The notes: a model not told the origin generated them from the letters alone. A stretch of DNA of 57,819 nt from a bacterium (GCA_035380285.1 DAOSXE010000020.1:1-57819); one strand, 5' to 3'; counted from the first letter of the stretch, positions 18,693 through 28,383 are shown. Numbers and translations: made by a program.

Positions 18693-19421
18693 ATGGAACC
18701 GATCAGCATAATCGTATCCACCTTCAACGAGGAGGACACCATCGTCGGGGTCCTCGAGGGGCTGGCCGCCCACGCTCCGGGGTCCGAGATCCTCGTCGTT
18801 CACGGCGGCCGCGACGGAACCGCCGAAGCCGCCCGGAGATGGGGCAAGGAGCGCCCCGAGATCGATCTCAAGGTCATCCGCAATTTCGGGGACGTGGGGA
18901 AGGGCCACGCCATCAAACTGGGGATCAGCGTCGCTTCCCACCCGGTCATGCTCCAGTTCGACGCCGACCTCCAGTTTTCCCCGGCGGACATCCCCGCGAT
19001 GGTCGAACCGCTGTCCGCCGGCGAAGCGGACCTGGTGGTGGGGTCCCGGTTCATGAAAGGGGTCGACAAATCCGCTTACCGTTCCAGTTTCTTCCGCGAC
19101 CTGGGCAACACCCTGCTCAACCGCTGGATCTCCGTTCTGGCCGGGAGTGCCTTTACCGACGTCACCACCGGGATGAAGGCCTGGACGGCGGAAGCCGTCT
19201 GGAAGATCCCCTTTCGGGACAACCGCTACGTTTACGAGATGGAGATCGTGGTCCGGGGAGCCCTGGCCGGTCTCAGGATCGTTCAGATCCCGGTCGTGTA
19301 CGCCAGCCGCCAGGGGGGCGCTTCCGGCCACGGTTCCGGGCTCCGGGAGTTCTGGAGCATCGCCCGGACCGGGTTCATGATCGGTTGCCGGGCCCTGGAG
19401 ATCCGCTTGGGGATCTGGTAG
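18693..19421 (+). CDS. Family 2 glycosyltransferase (DPM1-like polyprenol-phosphate sugar synthase, catalytic domain only)
   Basis: IIVSTFNEEDTI and DADLQ (DxD) are present. The product is 242 aa. Confidence 0.65.
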   Translation: MEPISIIVSTFNEEDTIVGVLEGLAAHAPGSEILVVHGGRDGTAEAARRWGKERPEIDLKVIRNFGDVGKGHAIKLGISVASHPVMLQFDADLQFSPADIPAMVEPLSAGEADLVVGSRFMKGVDKSAYRSSFFRDLGNTLLNRWISVLAGSAFTDVTTGMKAWTAEAVWKIPFRDNRYVYEMEIVVRGALAGLRIVQIPVVYASRQGGASGHGSGLREFWSIARTGFMIGCRALEIRLGIW

Positions 19422-19427
19422 GTTTTT

Positions 19428-20870
19428 ATGCCGTCCGCCCGCACACCCGAGGGAGCGCCTCTCCTGATCCTGGGAGGGGGACCGGCCGGTCTGGCCGCGG
19501 GCCTGGAAGCGGCCCGGCGGGGGCTCCGCCCCCTGGTCGTCGAGGCCGGAGAAGTCGTGGGCGGGGTATCTTCCTCCCTGTACTGGAACCGCTTCATCCT
19601 CGAATACGGCCCCCACACCTACCACGTCAAGCACGACCGGATCGACGACCTGGTCCGCGAGGTATACGGCGGGGATCTGCCCTACAAGCAACGGATCACG
19701 CGGATGCTCCTGCGGGGGAAGATGTTCGACTACCCCCTCAAGTTCTGGCAGCTCCTGCGCGGCCTCAACCCGTTTTTTTCGGCCCGCATGCTCCTGGATT
19801 TCGTCTTCACCTCGATCCGCTACCGGATCTTTCCGCGTCCCGACGACTCTTTCCGGACCTGGGGGGTGAAACGTTTCGGCACCACCCTCTATAACCTCTG
19901 CTTCGGCCGCTACACCGAGCGGATCTGGGGGGTGCCGGCCGACCGGCTCTCGGTCCGGCTCGCCTCTTCCAAGCTGCACAAGCTCAATCTCAAGGACGTG
20001 ATCGTCAAGCTCCTGGGGGGGAAGGGGCAGGAGCAGGCGACCTACTGGGAGGACTTCCTCTATCCCGAGGAAGGGATGGGGATCGTCTTCGAGAAAATGG
20101 CCGCCGAGATCGTCCGGCTGGGGGGGGAAGTCTGGCTCGACAGCCGCCCCTCCGCTTTCGTTTTCGATGGGAGCCGGATCGCCTCGGTCAAAATCGACCG
20201 TGCGGGCGGGCCGGCCGAGGTGCCGGTGTCGGCGGTGGTTTCGACCATCCCCCTTCCCGCCCTGGGGCTGCTGGTGCGGGGAAAGGTCCCGGAAGACGCC
20301 TACCGGGCTTCCCAGGCCCTGGCGAGCCGTTCGCTCGTCCTGGTCAACCTGATCGTGAGGATGCCCATGGTTTCGGAAGCGCATTGGGTCTACCTGCTCG
20401 ACCCCCGGTTCCGCTTCAACCGGTTCTGCGAGCAGAAGAACCTGCTCCTGGAGAAGAAACCGCCCCTGGAAACCATGCTCACCTTCGAAGCCTGCTGCGG
20501 GTATCGCGACGAGTTCTGGAACCTGCCCGATTCCGCGCTGGTCAAGCTGGCCCTGGAAGATATCGGCCGCATCGAACGCATCGACGGGAGCCGGGTCACC
20601 GAAACCCTGGTGCGGAGGGTAAAGGACGCCTACCCCGTTTACGGGGTCGGGTTCGAGGGGGAACTGGAACGCTTCTTCATCGGCGCCGCCGGGATCGACA
20701 ACCTCTATCCCACCGGCCGCCAGGGGCTGTTTCTCAACACCGATATGCACGACACCATGGAACTGGGCCTGCTCGCGGTCGAGGCCATCGCGGACGGAGT
20801 CCCCGGGCGGGACTGGTACGGTCGGATCGTTTCCTGGCTCCCCTACGCTCCCCCGGAGGAAGAGCGATGA
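19428..20870 (+). CDS. FAD/NAD(P)-binding oxidoreductase (amine-oxidase fold; UDP-galactopyranose mutase-like)
   Basis: LILGGGPAGLAAGLEAARRG is a dinucleotide-binding motif. It lies within a sugar-modification operon. Confidence 0.5.
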   Translation: MPSARTPEGAPLLILGGGPAGLAAGLEAARRGLRPLVVEAGEVVGGVSSSLYWNRFILEYGPHTYHVKHDRIDDLVREVYGGDLPYKQRITRMLLRGKMFDYPLKFWQLLRGLNPFFSARMLLDFVFTSIRYRIFPRPDDSFRTWGVKRFGTTLYNLCFGRYTERIWGVPADRLSVRLASSKLHKLNLKDVIVKLLGGKGQEQATYWEDFLYPEEGMGIVFEKMAAEIVRLGGEVWLDSRPSAFVFDGSRIASVKIDRAGGPAEVPVSAVVSTIPLPALGLLVRGKVPEDAYRASQALASRSLVLVNLIVRMPMVSEAHWVYLLDPRFRFNRFCEQKNLLLEKKPPLETMLTFEACCGYRDEFWNLPDSALVKLALEDIGRIERIDGSRVTETLVRRVKDAYPVYGVGFEGELERFFIGAAGIDNLYPTGRQGLFLNTDMHDTMELGLLAVEAIADGVPGRDWYGRIVSWLPYAPPEEER

Positions 20871-23542
20871 CCCCGGCCGCGGCGGCAGGCGGCGGACGCG
20901 GGAAGCTCTGGTTCCTCGCGGCGGCCGCGGTCCTGACGGCCGGGGCGCTCTGGCTCCGCCTCGATTTCATCGGCAACCGCCCCCAGCTCCCGGTGGTCTG
21001 GGACGCCGCCGGTTACAACCTTCAGGCCCGGGAGTTCGCCGCCGCCTGGAGCTCCTGGGGCACTCCCGACTTCGACGCTCACTACCGCAAGGCCTGGGAG
21101 ATGGCGTTGCCCAAATGCGAACTCTATCCCCTGGCCATGAGCCTGGTCTACTGGCTGCACCGCTGCGATTTCCAGGCGGTGCGGGTGGCGCAGGGCGTGG
21201 TGGGAACGGTCAACTGTCTCCTGACCCTGCTGATCGCCCTGGCGGTGTTCCGCCGCCGGAGCGTGGCCCTGGGCGCCCTGCTGATCTCGGCGCTCTACCT
21301 CCCCGCCGTCTTTTCCGAAGGCAGGCTTCTGACCGAGACCGTGGCCGTCTTCGCCCTCCTGCTCGCGACCGTCCTGCTCCTGGCCGCCGTCTCCCGGGGC
21401 GGCTGGTGGTGGATGGTCCTGGCCGGCCTCGCCACCGCCCTGCTCATGATCTCCCGGACGTTTTTCCAGTACGTCTTCATCGTCGACATCCCCTTGTTGG
21501 CCGCCGGCCTCCGGTTCCGCCGCCACCGGGGGTGGTGGTGGAAAACGGGTCTCTACGCCGCGGCCGTCGCCGCCGTCATCGTTCCCCGCTACTTCTGGAC
21601 CGGGGAGGTCGACTCCAAGGGCCGGCACTGGATCAGCGGGTCCTGGCGCAACGGCCTGGCCATCTATACCGGGATCTACCCCCCCAACCAGGGCCTGCAG
21701 ACCGACGCCGACCCCGGAGGAGAGATTCACCGGGAGATCTTCGGTTCCCGGGGCCGGGAGACGCCGATCGACGATCTCTATTTCAAGGCCTACCTGCAGG
21801 TCCTGCTCCGTCGCCCGGCCGCGGCGGTGCCGGTGCTGCTGTCCAAGGGCGGCCTGTTCTGGCACCGGGCCTACAACGATTTCCGCCAGTCCTACCTGCT
21901 GGACGCGGACGGGATCGATCGCCTCAACCGGGTTTTGCTCTTGGCCGGGGTCTTCGGGTTGGGGCTGGCGGTCGGGTTGGGCCCGAGGGGCTGGATCTTC
22001 CTGGCCACCGCCCTCTATATCTGGGCCCTCTGCTTCGCCGCCGACGCCGAAAGCCGCTACACCCTGCCGGCGATGCCGTTCATGATCGGCGCCGCCTGCT
22101 GGTTCGTCTTCAACCTGGTTTCGGGGGCGGCGGCGACCTGGCGGTCCCGGGTCCGCCTGCGGCTGCTGGCGTCGCTGGGGCTGATCGTGGCGACCGGGGC
22201 GCTGACCTGGCTTACCCGCCCCCCCCGGCTGCTCCCCGGTTTGGAACCCCAGACCGCCTTCCGGGTCTGGCGGCTCTGCGCCGGCCTTTTCGCCCTTTCC
22301 CCGATCCCCCTCCTGGCCCTGGTCTACCGCTTCCGCCCGGGCGGCGGTCGCCGGCGCTGGTGGAGCGCCGCGGCTCCGGCGGTCGCCGTTCTACTCGTCT
22401 TCCTCGCGGCCATCGGGATCCCGCCCCGGTGGCATGAATGGAAAGTGAGACTCCAGCGCCCGGGGCAGACCGTCCGCCAGACGATCTCGCTTCCGGAGGA
22501 CCTGGAGCGCTACCGGGGGGCCGAATTGAAGCTCGACCTCCTCTCCGGCCCCGGAAGGCTCTACGATCTCGTGGTCAAGGTGGACGGCGCTCCCGTCCGG
22601 ATCTTCCAGCGGGGTCTGAGCCCGGATCCGGGTTCGTACATCGCCTCCCGGCGGGCTTTCCCCGTCTATCTGCGGGAGGAACGCCGGCATCTGAACCAGG
22701 TCCGACAGTGGTATTCGGTTCCCCTGGATATCCAGAAGCTGCGGGGGCGCCGGGAGCTGGAAGTCGAACTCGAGTTCCGCCCGGCGGCGGCGGGGGCGGA
22801 CAACTACGTCGAGCTGTACGGGGATTATCTTATCGAGGGCCCCGGCGTTTTCGAGGGGCCCACGTTCTCTCAATCCCCCCGGGACCTGTCCCTCTACCGG
22901 TACCTCTTCTTCGACGACTGGCGTCTCTGGCGGAAATGGGACCTGGCCGCGCCCGCCCGGGCCGTCTCCGGGCCCGGGGGAGGGGATCTCGCCGCCGATC
23001 CGGGTCTCCAGACCGGACGCTACCGGATTCTCCTCGACCTCTCGCGGTTGAGCCCGGGGAGGGGAGAGTTCCCGGTCGCCGTCCGCAACCAGGAGTATCT
23101 GACCGACAAGACCGTGCTGGCCGACTATTACAACCTCCAGGTCTGGGAACTCAACCCCTGGAAACGGACGGGCAGCGAACTGCTGGTGGAAGCGGCCCAC
23201 GCCGCACCGGGGGAGGAAGGCGGGTTCACCCTCGTGGTCTACGAGGACGCGGACGGCGACCATCAGCCCGACCGGCTCTGGGCGCGTTCGTCGTACCTGA
23301 CCGGGGAAAAAACCGGCGCCTGGAGTTCCTGGACGGTGGCGCTTCCCGACGCGTCCCGCCCGGTTTTCGTGGGGATGAGCTGGCCTCCCGGAAGCAAGAC
23401 CCGAGTCTACTACGAACGCAAGCTCTGGCCGGACGAAATCTTTCCCGAGGTCATGTACTATCGCCCCGGCCCCAACGCACCCAAAGCCTACCCGGTTTTG
23501 ACCAACCTCCGCGTCTCCTTCCTCGATGCCGGCAAAAAATAA
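20867..23542 (+). CDS. Large GT-C-type multi-TM glycosyltransferase with a long periplasmic C-terminal region ending in the locus-specific domain
   Basis: The ATG at 20867 overlaps the upstream stop (ATGA); earlier codons of the listed ORF overlap the oxidoreductase in another frame. It has about 11 TM helices and its last 138 aa match the shared domain. Confidence 0.6.
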   Translation: MTPAAAAGGGRGKLWFLAAAAVLTAGALWLRLDFIGNRPQLPVVWDAAGYNLQAREFAAAWSSWGTPDFDAHYRKAWEMALPKCELYPLAMSLVYWLHRCDFQAVRVAQGVVGTVNCLLTLLIALAVFRRRSVALGALLISALYLPAVFSEGRLLTETVAVFALLLATVLLLAAVSRGGWWWMVLAGLATALLMISRTFFQYVFIVDIPLLAAGLRFRRHRGWWWKTGLYAAAVAAVIVPRYFWTGEVDSKGRHWISGSWRNGLAIYTGIYPPNQGLQTDADPGGEIHREIFGSRGRETPIDDLYFKAYLQVLLRRPAAAVPVLLSKGGLFWHRAYNDFRQSYLLDADGIDRLNRVLLLAGVFGLGLAVGLGPRGWIFLATALYIWALCFAADAESRYTLPAMPFMIGAACWFVFNLVSGAAATWRSRVRLRLLASLGLIVATGALTWLTRPPRLLPGLEPQTAFRVWRLCAGLFALSPIPLLALVYRFRPGGGRRRWWSAAAPAVAVLLVFLAAIGIPPRWHEWKVRLQRPGQTVRQTISLPEDLERYRGAELKLDLLSGPGRLYDLVVKVDGAPVRIFQRGLSPDPGSYIASRRAFPVYLREERRHLNQVRQWYSVPLDIQKLRGRRELEVELEFRPAAAGADNYVELYGDYLIEGPGVFEGPTFSQSPRDLSLYRYLFFDDWRLWRKWDLAAPARAVSGPGGGDLAADPGLQTGRYRILLDLSRLSPGRGEFPVAVRNQEYLTDKTVLADYYNLQVWELNPWKRTGSELLVEAAHAAPGEEGGFTLVVYEDADGDHQPDRLWARSSYLTGEKTGAWSSWTVALPDASRPVFVGMSWPPGSKTRVYYERKLWPDEIFPEVMYYRPGPNAPKAYPVLTNLRVSFLDAGKK

Positions 23543-23576
23543 CCGGTTTTACTTGCCCGCGGTCGGCCTCTCTGCC

Positions 23577-23591
23577 AATATCAGTAATATT
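23577..23591 (+). promoter_or_regulatory. Candidate Fur/PerR-family operator (AT-rich imperfect palindrome AATATcagtaATATT)
   Basis: It is an AT-rich dyad in a GC-rich genome, located 25-40 nt upstream of the Fur-family gene. Confidence 0.3.
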
Positions 23592-23615
23592 TCCCAATAG
23601 CATATAGGTGCTCGG

Positions 23616-24011
23616 ATGAGAAAGACCCGGCAGCGCAGCGCGATTCTCGAGGAACTGAGGAAAGTGAAAACCCATCCTACCGCCGAAGAGGTGCACGAGA
23701 TGGTGCGCCGCCGGCTGCCCCGGATCAGCCTGGGCACGGTTTACCGGAACCTCGAAGCCCTCTCCGCCGCCGGGACCATCCGCAAGCTGGCCACCGCCGG
23801 GTCCCGGAAACGGTTCGACGCCGACTCCCGCAACCACTACCATCTGCGCTGCGTCGGCTGCGGGCGCGTGGTCGATCTGGAGCTGTCCGTGGAAGAACGT
23901 TTGAACGAGGAAGCCGCCCGGTCGACCGGCTACCGGGTGCTCGGGCACGAGCTGGAGTTTCAGGGCTGGTGTCCCGATTGTCTGGACGCTGCCGGCGAGG
24001 AACACGAGTGA
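23616..24011 (+). CDS. Fur family transcriptional regulator (PerR-like, given the downstream peroxide-stress genes)
   Basis: It has the Fur fold signature HHHL.C..C...DL and CxxC pairs ([12 protein letters not shown]...CPDC). Confidence 0.75.
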   Translation: MRKTRQRSAILEELRKVKTHPTAEEVHEMVRRRLPRISLGTVYRNLEALSAAGTIRKLATAGSRKRFDADSRNHYHLRCVGCGRVVDLELSVEERLNEEAARSTGYRVLGHELEFQGWCPDCLDAAGEEHE

Positions 24012-24067
24012 ACAACCCGCAACCGCGCGGCCCCGGAAAGCGGCGCGCCGCCGAAGGAGAACGAACG

Positions 24068-24640
24068 ATGGATCTGAAGGGGAGCAAAACCGCCCGCAAT
24101 CTCATGGCCGCCTTTGCCGGGGAGTCGCAGGCGCGCAACCGTTACACCTATTTTTCCGCGCAGGCCCGGAAAGAGGGCTTCCGCCAGATTTCGGAGATAT
24201 TCGAAGAGACCGCCGACCAGGAACGCGAGCACGCCAAGCGCCTCTTCAAGTTCATGACCGGCGCCGAGCAGGAGATCGCCGGATCCTTCCCCTTCGGCGT
24301 TATCGGCGATACCCTGGCCAACCTCAAGGAGGGAGCCGCCGGCGAAAACTACGAATGGACCGAGATGTACCCCGGCTTCGCCAAGGTGGCCCGGGAAGAG
24401 GGATTCAATGAAATCGCGGACGCCTTCTCGGCGATCGCGGTGGCGGAACAGCAGCATGAAAAACGCTATCTGGCCCTGGCGTCCAATATCGAGAACTGCC
24501 GGGTCTTCAAGCGCGAAGAGCCCGTGGTCTGGAGATGCATGAACTGCGGGTACCTTCATGCGGGAACGGACGCCCCCCAGCTCTGCCCCGCCTGCGCGCA
24601 CCCGCGCGCCCATTTCGAGATCCTGGCCGAAAACTGGTAA
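24068..24640 (+). CDS. rbr: Rubrerythrin
   Basis: Diiron ferritin-like ExxH motifs are followed by a C-terminal rubredoxin-like CMNCGY...CPAC. The SD is AAGGAGAA. Confidence 0.85.
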   Translation: MDLKGSKTARNLMAAFAGESQARNRYTYFSAQARKEGFRQISEIFEETADQEREHAKRLFKFMTGAEQEIAGSFPFGVIGDTLANLKEGAAGENYEWTEMYPGFAKVAREEGFNEIADAFSAIAVAEQQHEKRYLALASNIENCRVFKREEPVVWRCMNCGYLHAGTDAPQLCPACAHPRAHFEILAENW

Positions 24641-24657
24641 GCAACGAGGAGGAGACG

Positions 24658-25038
24658 ATGACGGCACGGATGCAGGTCTACAAATGCGAAATCTGCGGGA
24701 ATATCGTGGAAGTGATTCACGCCGGCGGCGGCCAGCTGGTCTGCTGCGGTGAACCCATGTCCCTGCAGCGGGAGAACACCACCGACGGGGCCCGGGAGAA
24801 GCACGTCCCCGTGATCGAACGGACGGACGACGGGGTGGTGGTGACGGTCGGCTCGGTTCCCCACCCGATGGAAGACAAACATTACATCGAGTGGATCGAA
24901 ATCTCCTGCGATTCCGGCTGCTGCCACACCCGCTGTTTCCTCAAACCGGGGGAGGAGCCCAAGGCTTCTCTCCGGACCGATTGCGAAGGGATCAGCGCCC
25001 GGGAATACTGCAATCTTCACGGACTCTGGAAGTCGTAA
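24658..25038 (+). CDS. dfx: Desulfoferrodoxin (2Fe superoxide reductase)
   Basis: An N-terminal desulforedoxin CEICGN...CCG is followed by the SOR centre II residues (EKHVPV, H, CDSGCCH). Confidence 0.8.
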   Translation: MTARMQVYKCEICGNIVEVIHAGGGQLVCCGEPMSLQRENTTDGAREKHVPVIERTDDGVVVTVGSVPHPMEDKHYIEWIEISCDSGCCHTRCFLKPGEEPKASLRTDCEGISAREYCNLHGLWKS

Positions 25039-25046
25039 CCGCCGCC

Positions 25047-25071
25047 GGGGCCGGGAGCGTCTCCCGGCCCC
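25047..25071 (+). other. Perfect 11-bp stem / 3-nt loop hairpin in the dfx-ferritin intergenic region
   Basis: The sequence is GGGGCCGGGAG-cgt-CTCCCGGCCCC. No U-tract follows it. Confidence 0.4.
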
Positions 25072-25092
25072 GCGCGTGGGAGGAGGATAACC

Positions 25093-25599
25093 ATGCTCAG
25101 CCCCGCCATCGAGGAAGCTCTCAACACCCAGGTCAACAAGGAACTGTACAGCGCCTATCTGTATTTCTCCATGAGCGCGTATTTCGAATCCGTCAACCTC
25201 AAGGGGTTCGCCAACTGGATGAGGGTTCAGGCTCAGGAAGAGCAGTTCCACGCCGTCAAGCTTTTCGACTATATCAACGAACGGGGGGGACGAGTCGTTC
25301 TGCGCCCGATCGAGGGGCCCGAGACCGAATGGGAAAACCCCACCGCGGTCTTCAGGCAGACCCAGGAGCACGAACGGTACGTGACCTCCCTGATCAACGG
25401 CCTGGTCCGGATGGCCCGGGACGAAAACGATTTCGCCACCGAAACCTTCCTCCAATGGTACGTGACCGAGCAGGTCGAGGAAGAGGCCGGCGCCGCCGAT
25501 CTGCTGGAGCGCTTGAAACTGGCCGGCGATCGGGGCGGGGGGTTGTTCATGCTCGACCGGGAGTTGGCGGCGCGGGTCTTTACTCCGCCGGTCCAGTAA
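25093..25599 (+). CDS. ftn: Ferritin (non-haem, Ftn-like)
   Basis: It shows the ferritin-like four-helix pattern ([16 protein letters not shown]...[14 protein letters not shown]). Confidence 0.75.
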   Translation: MLSPAIEEALNTQVNKELYSAYLYFSMSAYFESVNLKGFANWMRVQAQEEQFHAVKLFDYINERGGRVVLRPIEGPETEWENPTAVFRQTQEHERYVTSLINGLVRMARDENDFATETFLQWYVTEQVEEEAGAADLLERLKLAGDRGGGLFMLDRELAARVFTPPVQ

Positions 25600-25619
25600 T
25601 ACGCGGAAGGAGTGTTGCG

Positions 25620-25841
25620 ATGAAAGAGAAAGTGCAAGCGGCTCTCGACGAGGTGCGGCCCATGCTTCAGGCCGACGGCGGGGACGTGGAATTGGTGGAC
25701 GTGGGCGCTGACGGGGTGGTCAAGGTCAAACTCACCGGCGCCTGCGGCGGCTGCCCCATGAGCCAGTTCACCCTGAAGTTGGGGATAGAACGGGCTCTCA
25801 AGGAGAAGGTCCCGGAAGTGGTCGAGGTCGTCTCCGTCTGA
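25620..25841 (+). CDS. NifU-like (Nfu) Fe-S cluster assembly domain protein
   Basis: The C-terminal NifU motif GACGGCPMS is present. The product is 73 aa. Confidence 0.7.
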   Translation: MKEKVQAALDEVRPMLQADGGDVELVDVGADGVVKVKLTGACGGCPMSQFTLKLGIERALKEKVPEVVEVVSV

Positions 25842-25856
25842 TCCCGCCCGGCGCCC

Positions 25857-26732
25857 TCAGCGGTTCGCCGGCGTCTCTTTCGCGGGAAGAGGGAGCACCC
25901 CCGCCATTTCCCCGATGACGTTGACCAGTTCCGACCCGGTGGGGATGACGATTTTGGCGTTTCGGCTCAGCGACCGTTCCAGGGTCTCGAGTTTGCGCAG
26001 GAGCTGGGCGTTGCCGACGAAATAACTGTTGGCCGCCTCGTTGACCAGGCGGATGGCTTCCGCCTCCCCCTCGGCGGCCAGGATCTTGGCCTGCTTGACC
26101 CCCTCGGCCTTTTTGATCTCCGCCCGTTTTTCCCCGTCGGCTTGCCGTTCCAGGGCGTTGGCGAAGTCGAGGGCGGCGATTTTCTCGTTTTCGGCCTTGA
26201 CCACCTTGTTCATGGTCTCCTGGACGTCCTTGGGGGGATCGATCTCCTTCAGTTCGGTCCGGACGATCGCCATCCCCCAGTTGTGGGTTTCCTTGCTCAA
26301 GGTGGTGAGCAGTTCGTTGTTGATCTTGTCCCGCTCGCTGTTCGCCGATTTCAGGGTCAGGGTCCCGATGATGTTGCGTAAGGTGGTCCGGGCCAGGTTG
26401 ACGATCTGGATGCGGTAGTTGTTGACGTTGTACTGCGAATTCTTGACGCTCTGCTCGTCTTCCTTGACCTTGAAATAGACCTGGGCGTCGACCCGGGCGT
26501 TGAGGTTGTCGTTGGTGATGATCTCCTGGGGCTGGGCGTCCACCATCTGCTCGGTGATGTTGACCGGTATCATCCGGTCGATGACGGGGATGATCCAGTT
26601 GAATCCGGGCTGGGCAAAGCGCTTGTACCGGCCCAGCCTCTCCACCAGGCCCCGGTGGGTGGGGCGGATGATCCTGATGCCGGAGAAGAAAATGAAGAGC
26701 GCCACGATAACGAGAATCAGGATGGGACCCAT
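25857..26732 (-). CDS. SPFH/Band 7 (stomatin-like) membrane protein
   Basis: An N-terminal TM helix is followed by an SPFH domain and a coiled-coil tail. GC is lower than in neighbouring genes. Confidence 0.75.
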   Translation of the reverse strand: MGPILILVIVALFIFFSGIRIIRPTHRGLVERLGRYKRFAQPGFNWIIPVIDRMIPVNITEQMVDAQPQEIITNDNLNARVDAQVYFKVKEDEQSVKNSQYNVNNYRIQIVNLARTTLRNIIGTLTLKSANSERDKINNELLTTLSKETHNWGMAIVRTELKEIDPPKDVQETMNKVVKAENEKIAALDFANALERQADGEKRAEIKKAEGVKQAKILAAEGEAEAIRLVNEAANSYFVGNAQLLRKLETLERSLSRNAKIVIPTGSELVNVIGEMAGVLPLPAKETPANR

Positions 26733-26833
26733 GACTGCCTCCTTTCCCCGTCCGTTCGCCGGCGGGGTCGCTTGAACGTTGCGCTTTTCAATCTACCCGA
26801 AATCCTGCCCCCCGACAAGCCCGGCCGCGGACG

Positions 26834-28237
26834 TCAGGCAATTCCCGGCGGCTCGCGGGGAACCCGGTCTCCGAAGAGGCTCCGGATCCGTTCGACGTAC
26901 GCGCCCGGATCGGCCTTGCGTTCCAGCCCCCCCGCCGTCATCGAACGAACGGAGCCGAAGACCGGCCGCTCCGGCCAGGGGTGGTCGTGGAGCCCGTAGA
27001 TCCAGCCGACATTGGCGTAGGAGTTGGGATCGCGGCCGTCCAGGAACCAGCGGTTGTTCAGCTCCAGGGTGGTCCGGTAGGCCCGGGCCGGATCCGGGAT
27101 CCATTCCAGGATCCGTTTTCCCCAGTACATCCGCAGGCGGTTGTGCAGGGTCCCGGTCCGGCGCAGCTCGATCATGGCCGCGTTCCAGTAGGGGTCGGCG
27201 GTCCGGGCCGCTTCCAGTTCGTCCGGGGAATACGTTTCCGGCCGCGGGTCCCGGCGGTGGCTGGCCAGGGTTGTGCGGGCCCAGGCGGGGAGAGAGCCGT
27301 ACTCGTCGTAGTCGTCGGTTCGGCGCACGAAGTTGAAGGCCAGTTCCCGTCTCACCAGGAGTTCTTCCAGGAACGCTTCCCGGGCCGCCGCGGGCGCTCC
27401 CGTCGCGGCCGCGACTTTCAGGGCCAGGGTCAGGGGCGAAACCTGACCGAAGTGGAGGTAGGGGCTCATTCCCGAGGTCAGCCCTCCGTCCAGGAACCGA
27501 CCGCTTTCGAGGTATCGGGGCAGACCCCGGGCCAGAAAGGCGTCGAACCGTTTCCGGGCCGCGCTTTCTCCTCCCCGGGGACGGTCGGTCAGGTCGGCTT
27601 GCCGCCGCAGCCGTTCGGGGAGGGAAGGGAGGGGGGAATCGGGGGCGTCTCCCCAGGCGAGACCCGAACGCCGCAGCGGGGTGGGGCGCAGCGCGACCAG
27701 GTAGCGCTCCCGGAGCCGTTTCAACTTGGGCCGGAGAGTCCGCGCTCCGATCTCGGCGCGGTCCGAGGCCTCGTCCACCGGGACCAGGGCGTCGGTTTCG
27801 ACTTCCACCACCTCCCGCCCGGCCCGCCGGGCCACGGTCTTCCGCCAGGCGACCTGGTGGCGCAGGTAGCCCCGGTCGCAGACGATGAGAGCGGCTTCGG
27901 CTCCGGCGCGCAGGGCCGCCGCCGGAGGGGACTCCCTCAGAAAGCGGAAACCGATCTTCCTGCGCTCCAGGCGCTTCCGGGTTTCCGCCAGGCCTTCCAG
28001 CATGAAACGGTAATGGGCCCCGGTCGCTTCCGGATACCCGTTGGCGAGTCCGAAGACCGTCACAAGCGGCAGGTCGAGCAGGTTGGCCCGTTGAACGGCG
28101 TATTCGAGGGCGTGGTTGTCCCGGGTCCGCTGGCTGGCCTGCATCCAGTAGAGCACGAACTTCCCCGAGACCGGAGGTTCCCGGTTGAGCCGGCGCAGCC
28201 GGGATTCGGCGATGACCCGGGTGGAAGATCCGGTCAT
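26834..28237 (-). CDS. Deoxyribodipyrimidine photolyase, class II
   Basis: FVLYWMQASQRTRDNHALEYAV is the class II photolyase N-terminus. The product is 467 aa from the ATG at 28237. Confidence 0.75.
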   Translation of the reverse strand: MTGSSTRVIAESRLRRLNREPPVSGKFVLYWMQASQRTRDNHALEYAVQRANLLDLPLVTVFGLANGYPEATGAHYRFMLEGLAETRKRLERRKIGFRFLRESPPAAALRAGAEAALIVCDRGYLRHQVAWRKTVARRAGREVVEVETDALVPVDEASDRAEIGARTLRPKLKRLRERYLVALRPTPLRRSGLAWGDAPDSPLPSLPERLRRQADLTDRPRGGESAARKRFDAFLARGLPRYLESGRFLDGGLTSGMSPYLHFGQVSPLTLALKVAAATGAPAAAREAFLEELLVRRELAFNFVRRTDDYDEYGSLPAWARTTLASHRRDPRPETYSPDELEAARTADPYWNAAMIELRRTGTLHNRLRMYWGKRILEWIPDPARAYRTTLELNNRWFLDGRDPNSYANVGWIYGLHDHPWPERPVFGSVRSMTAGGLERKADPGAYVERIRSLFGDRVPREPPGIA

Positions 28238-28383
28238 CGTTCCGTCTCCCTCCCGCGCCGGGAAAAAGGGGGGGCCGCCGGGCCGTTCGGATTCGCCATC
28301 GTTTGGTTTCCTCCGGGGTTGTACCGCTATCCTATTCCGGAGGGCACCCGCGCACAACGGATTTGATGGCGCGGGGCGGGGCC

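Noticed and set aside
18648-20750. A 700-aa minus ORF, and the N-terminal parts of + ORFs 17301.., 17398.. and 16169..
   Set aside because: They are antisense or out-of-frame read-through of the SDR, GHMP kinase, GT2 and FAD oxidoreductase genes. The real starts were placed at coupled ATG/GTG codons with SDs.
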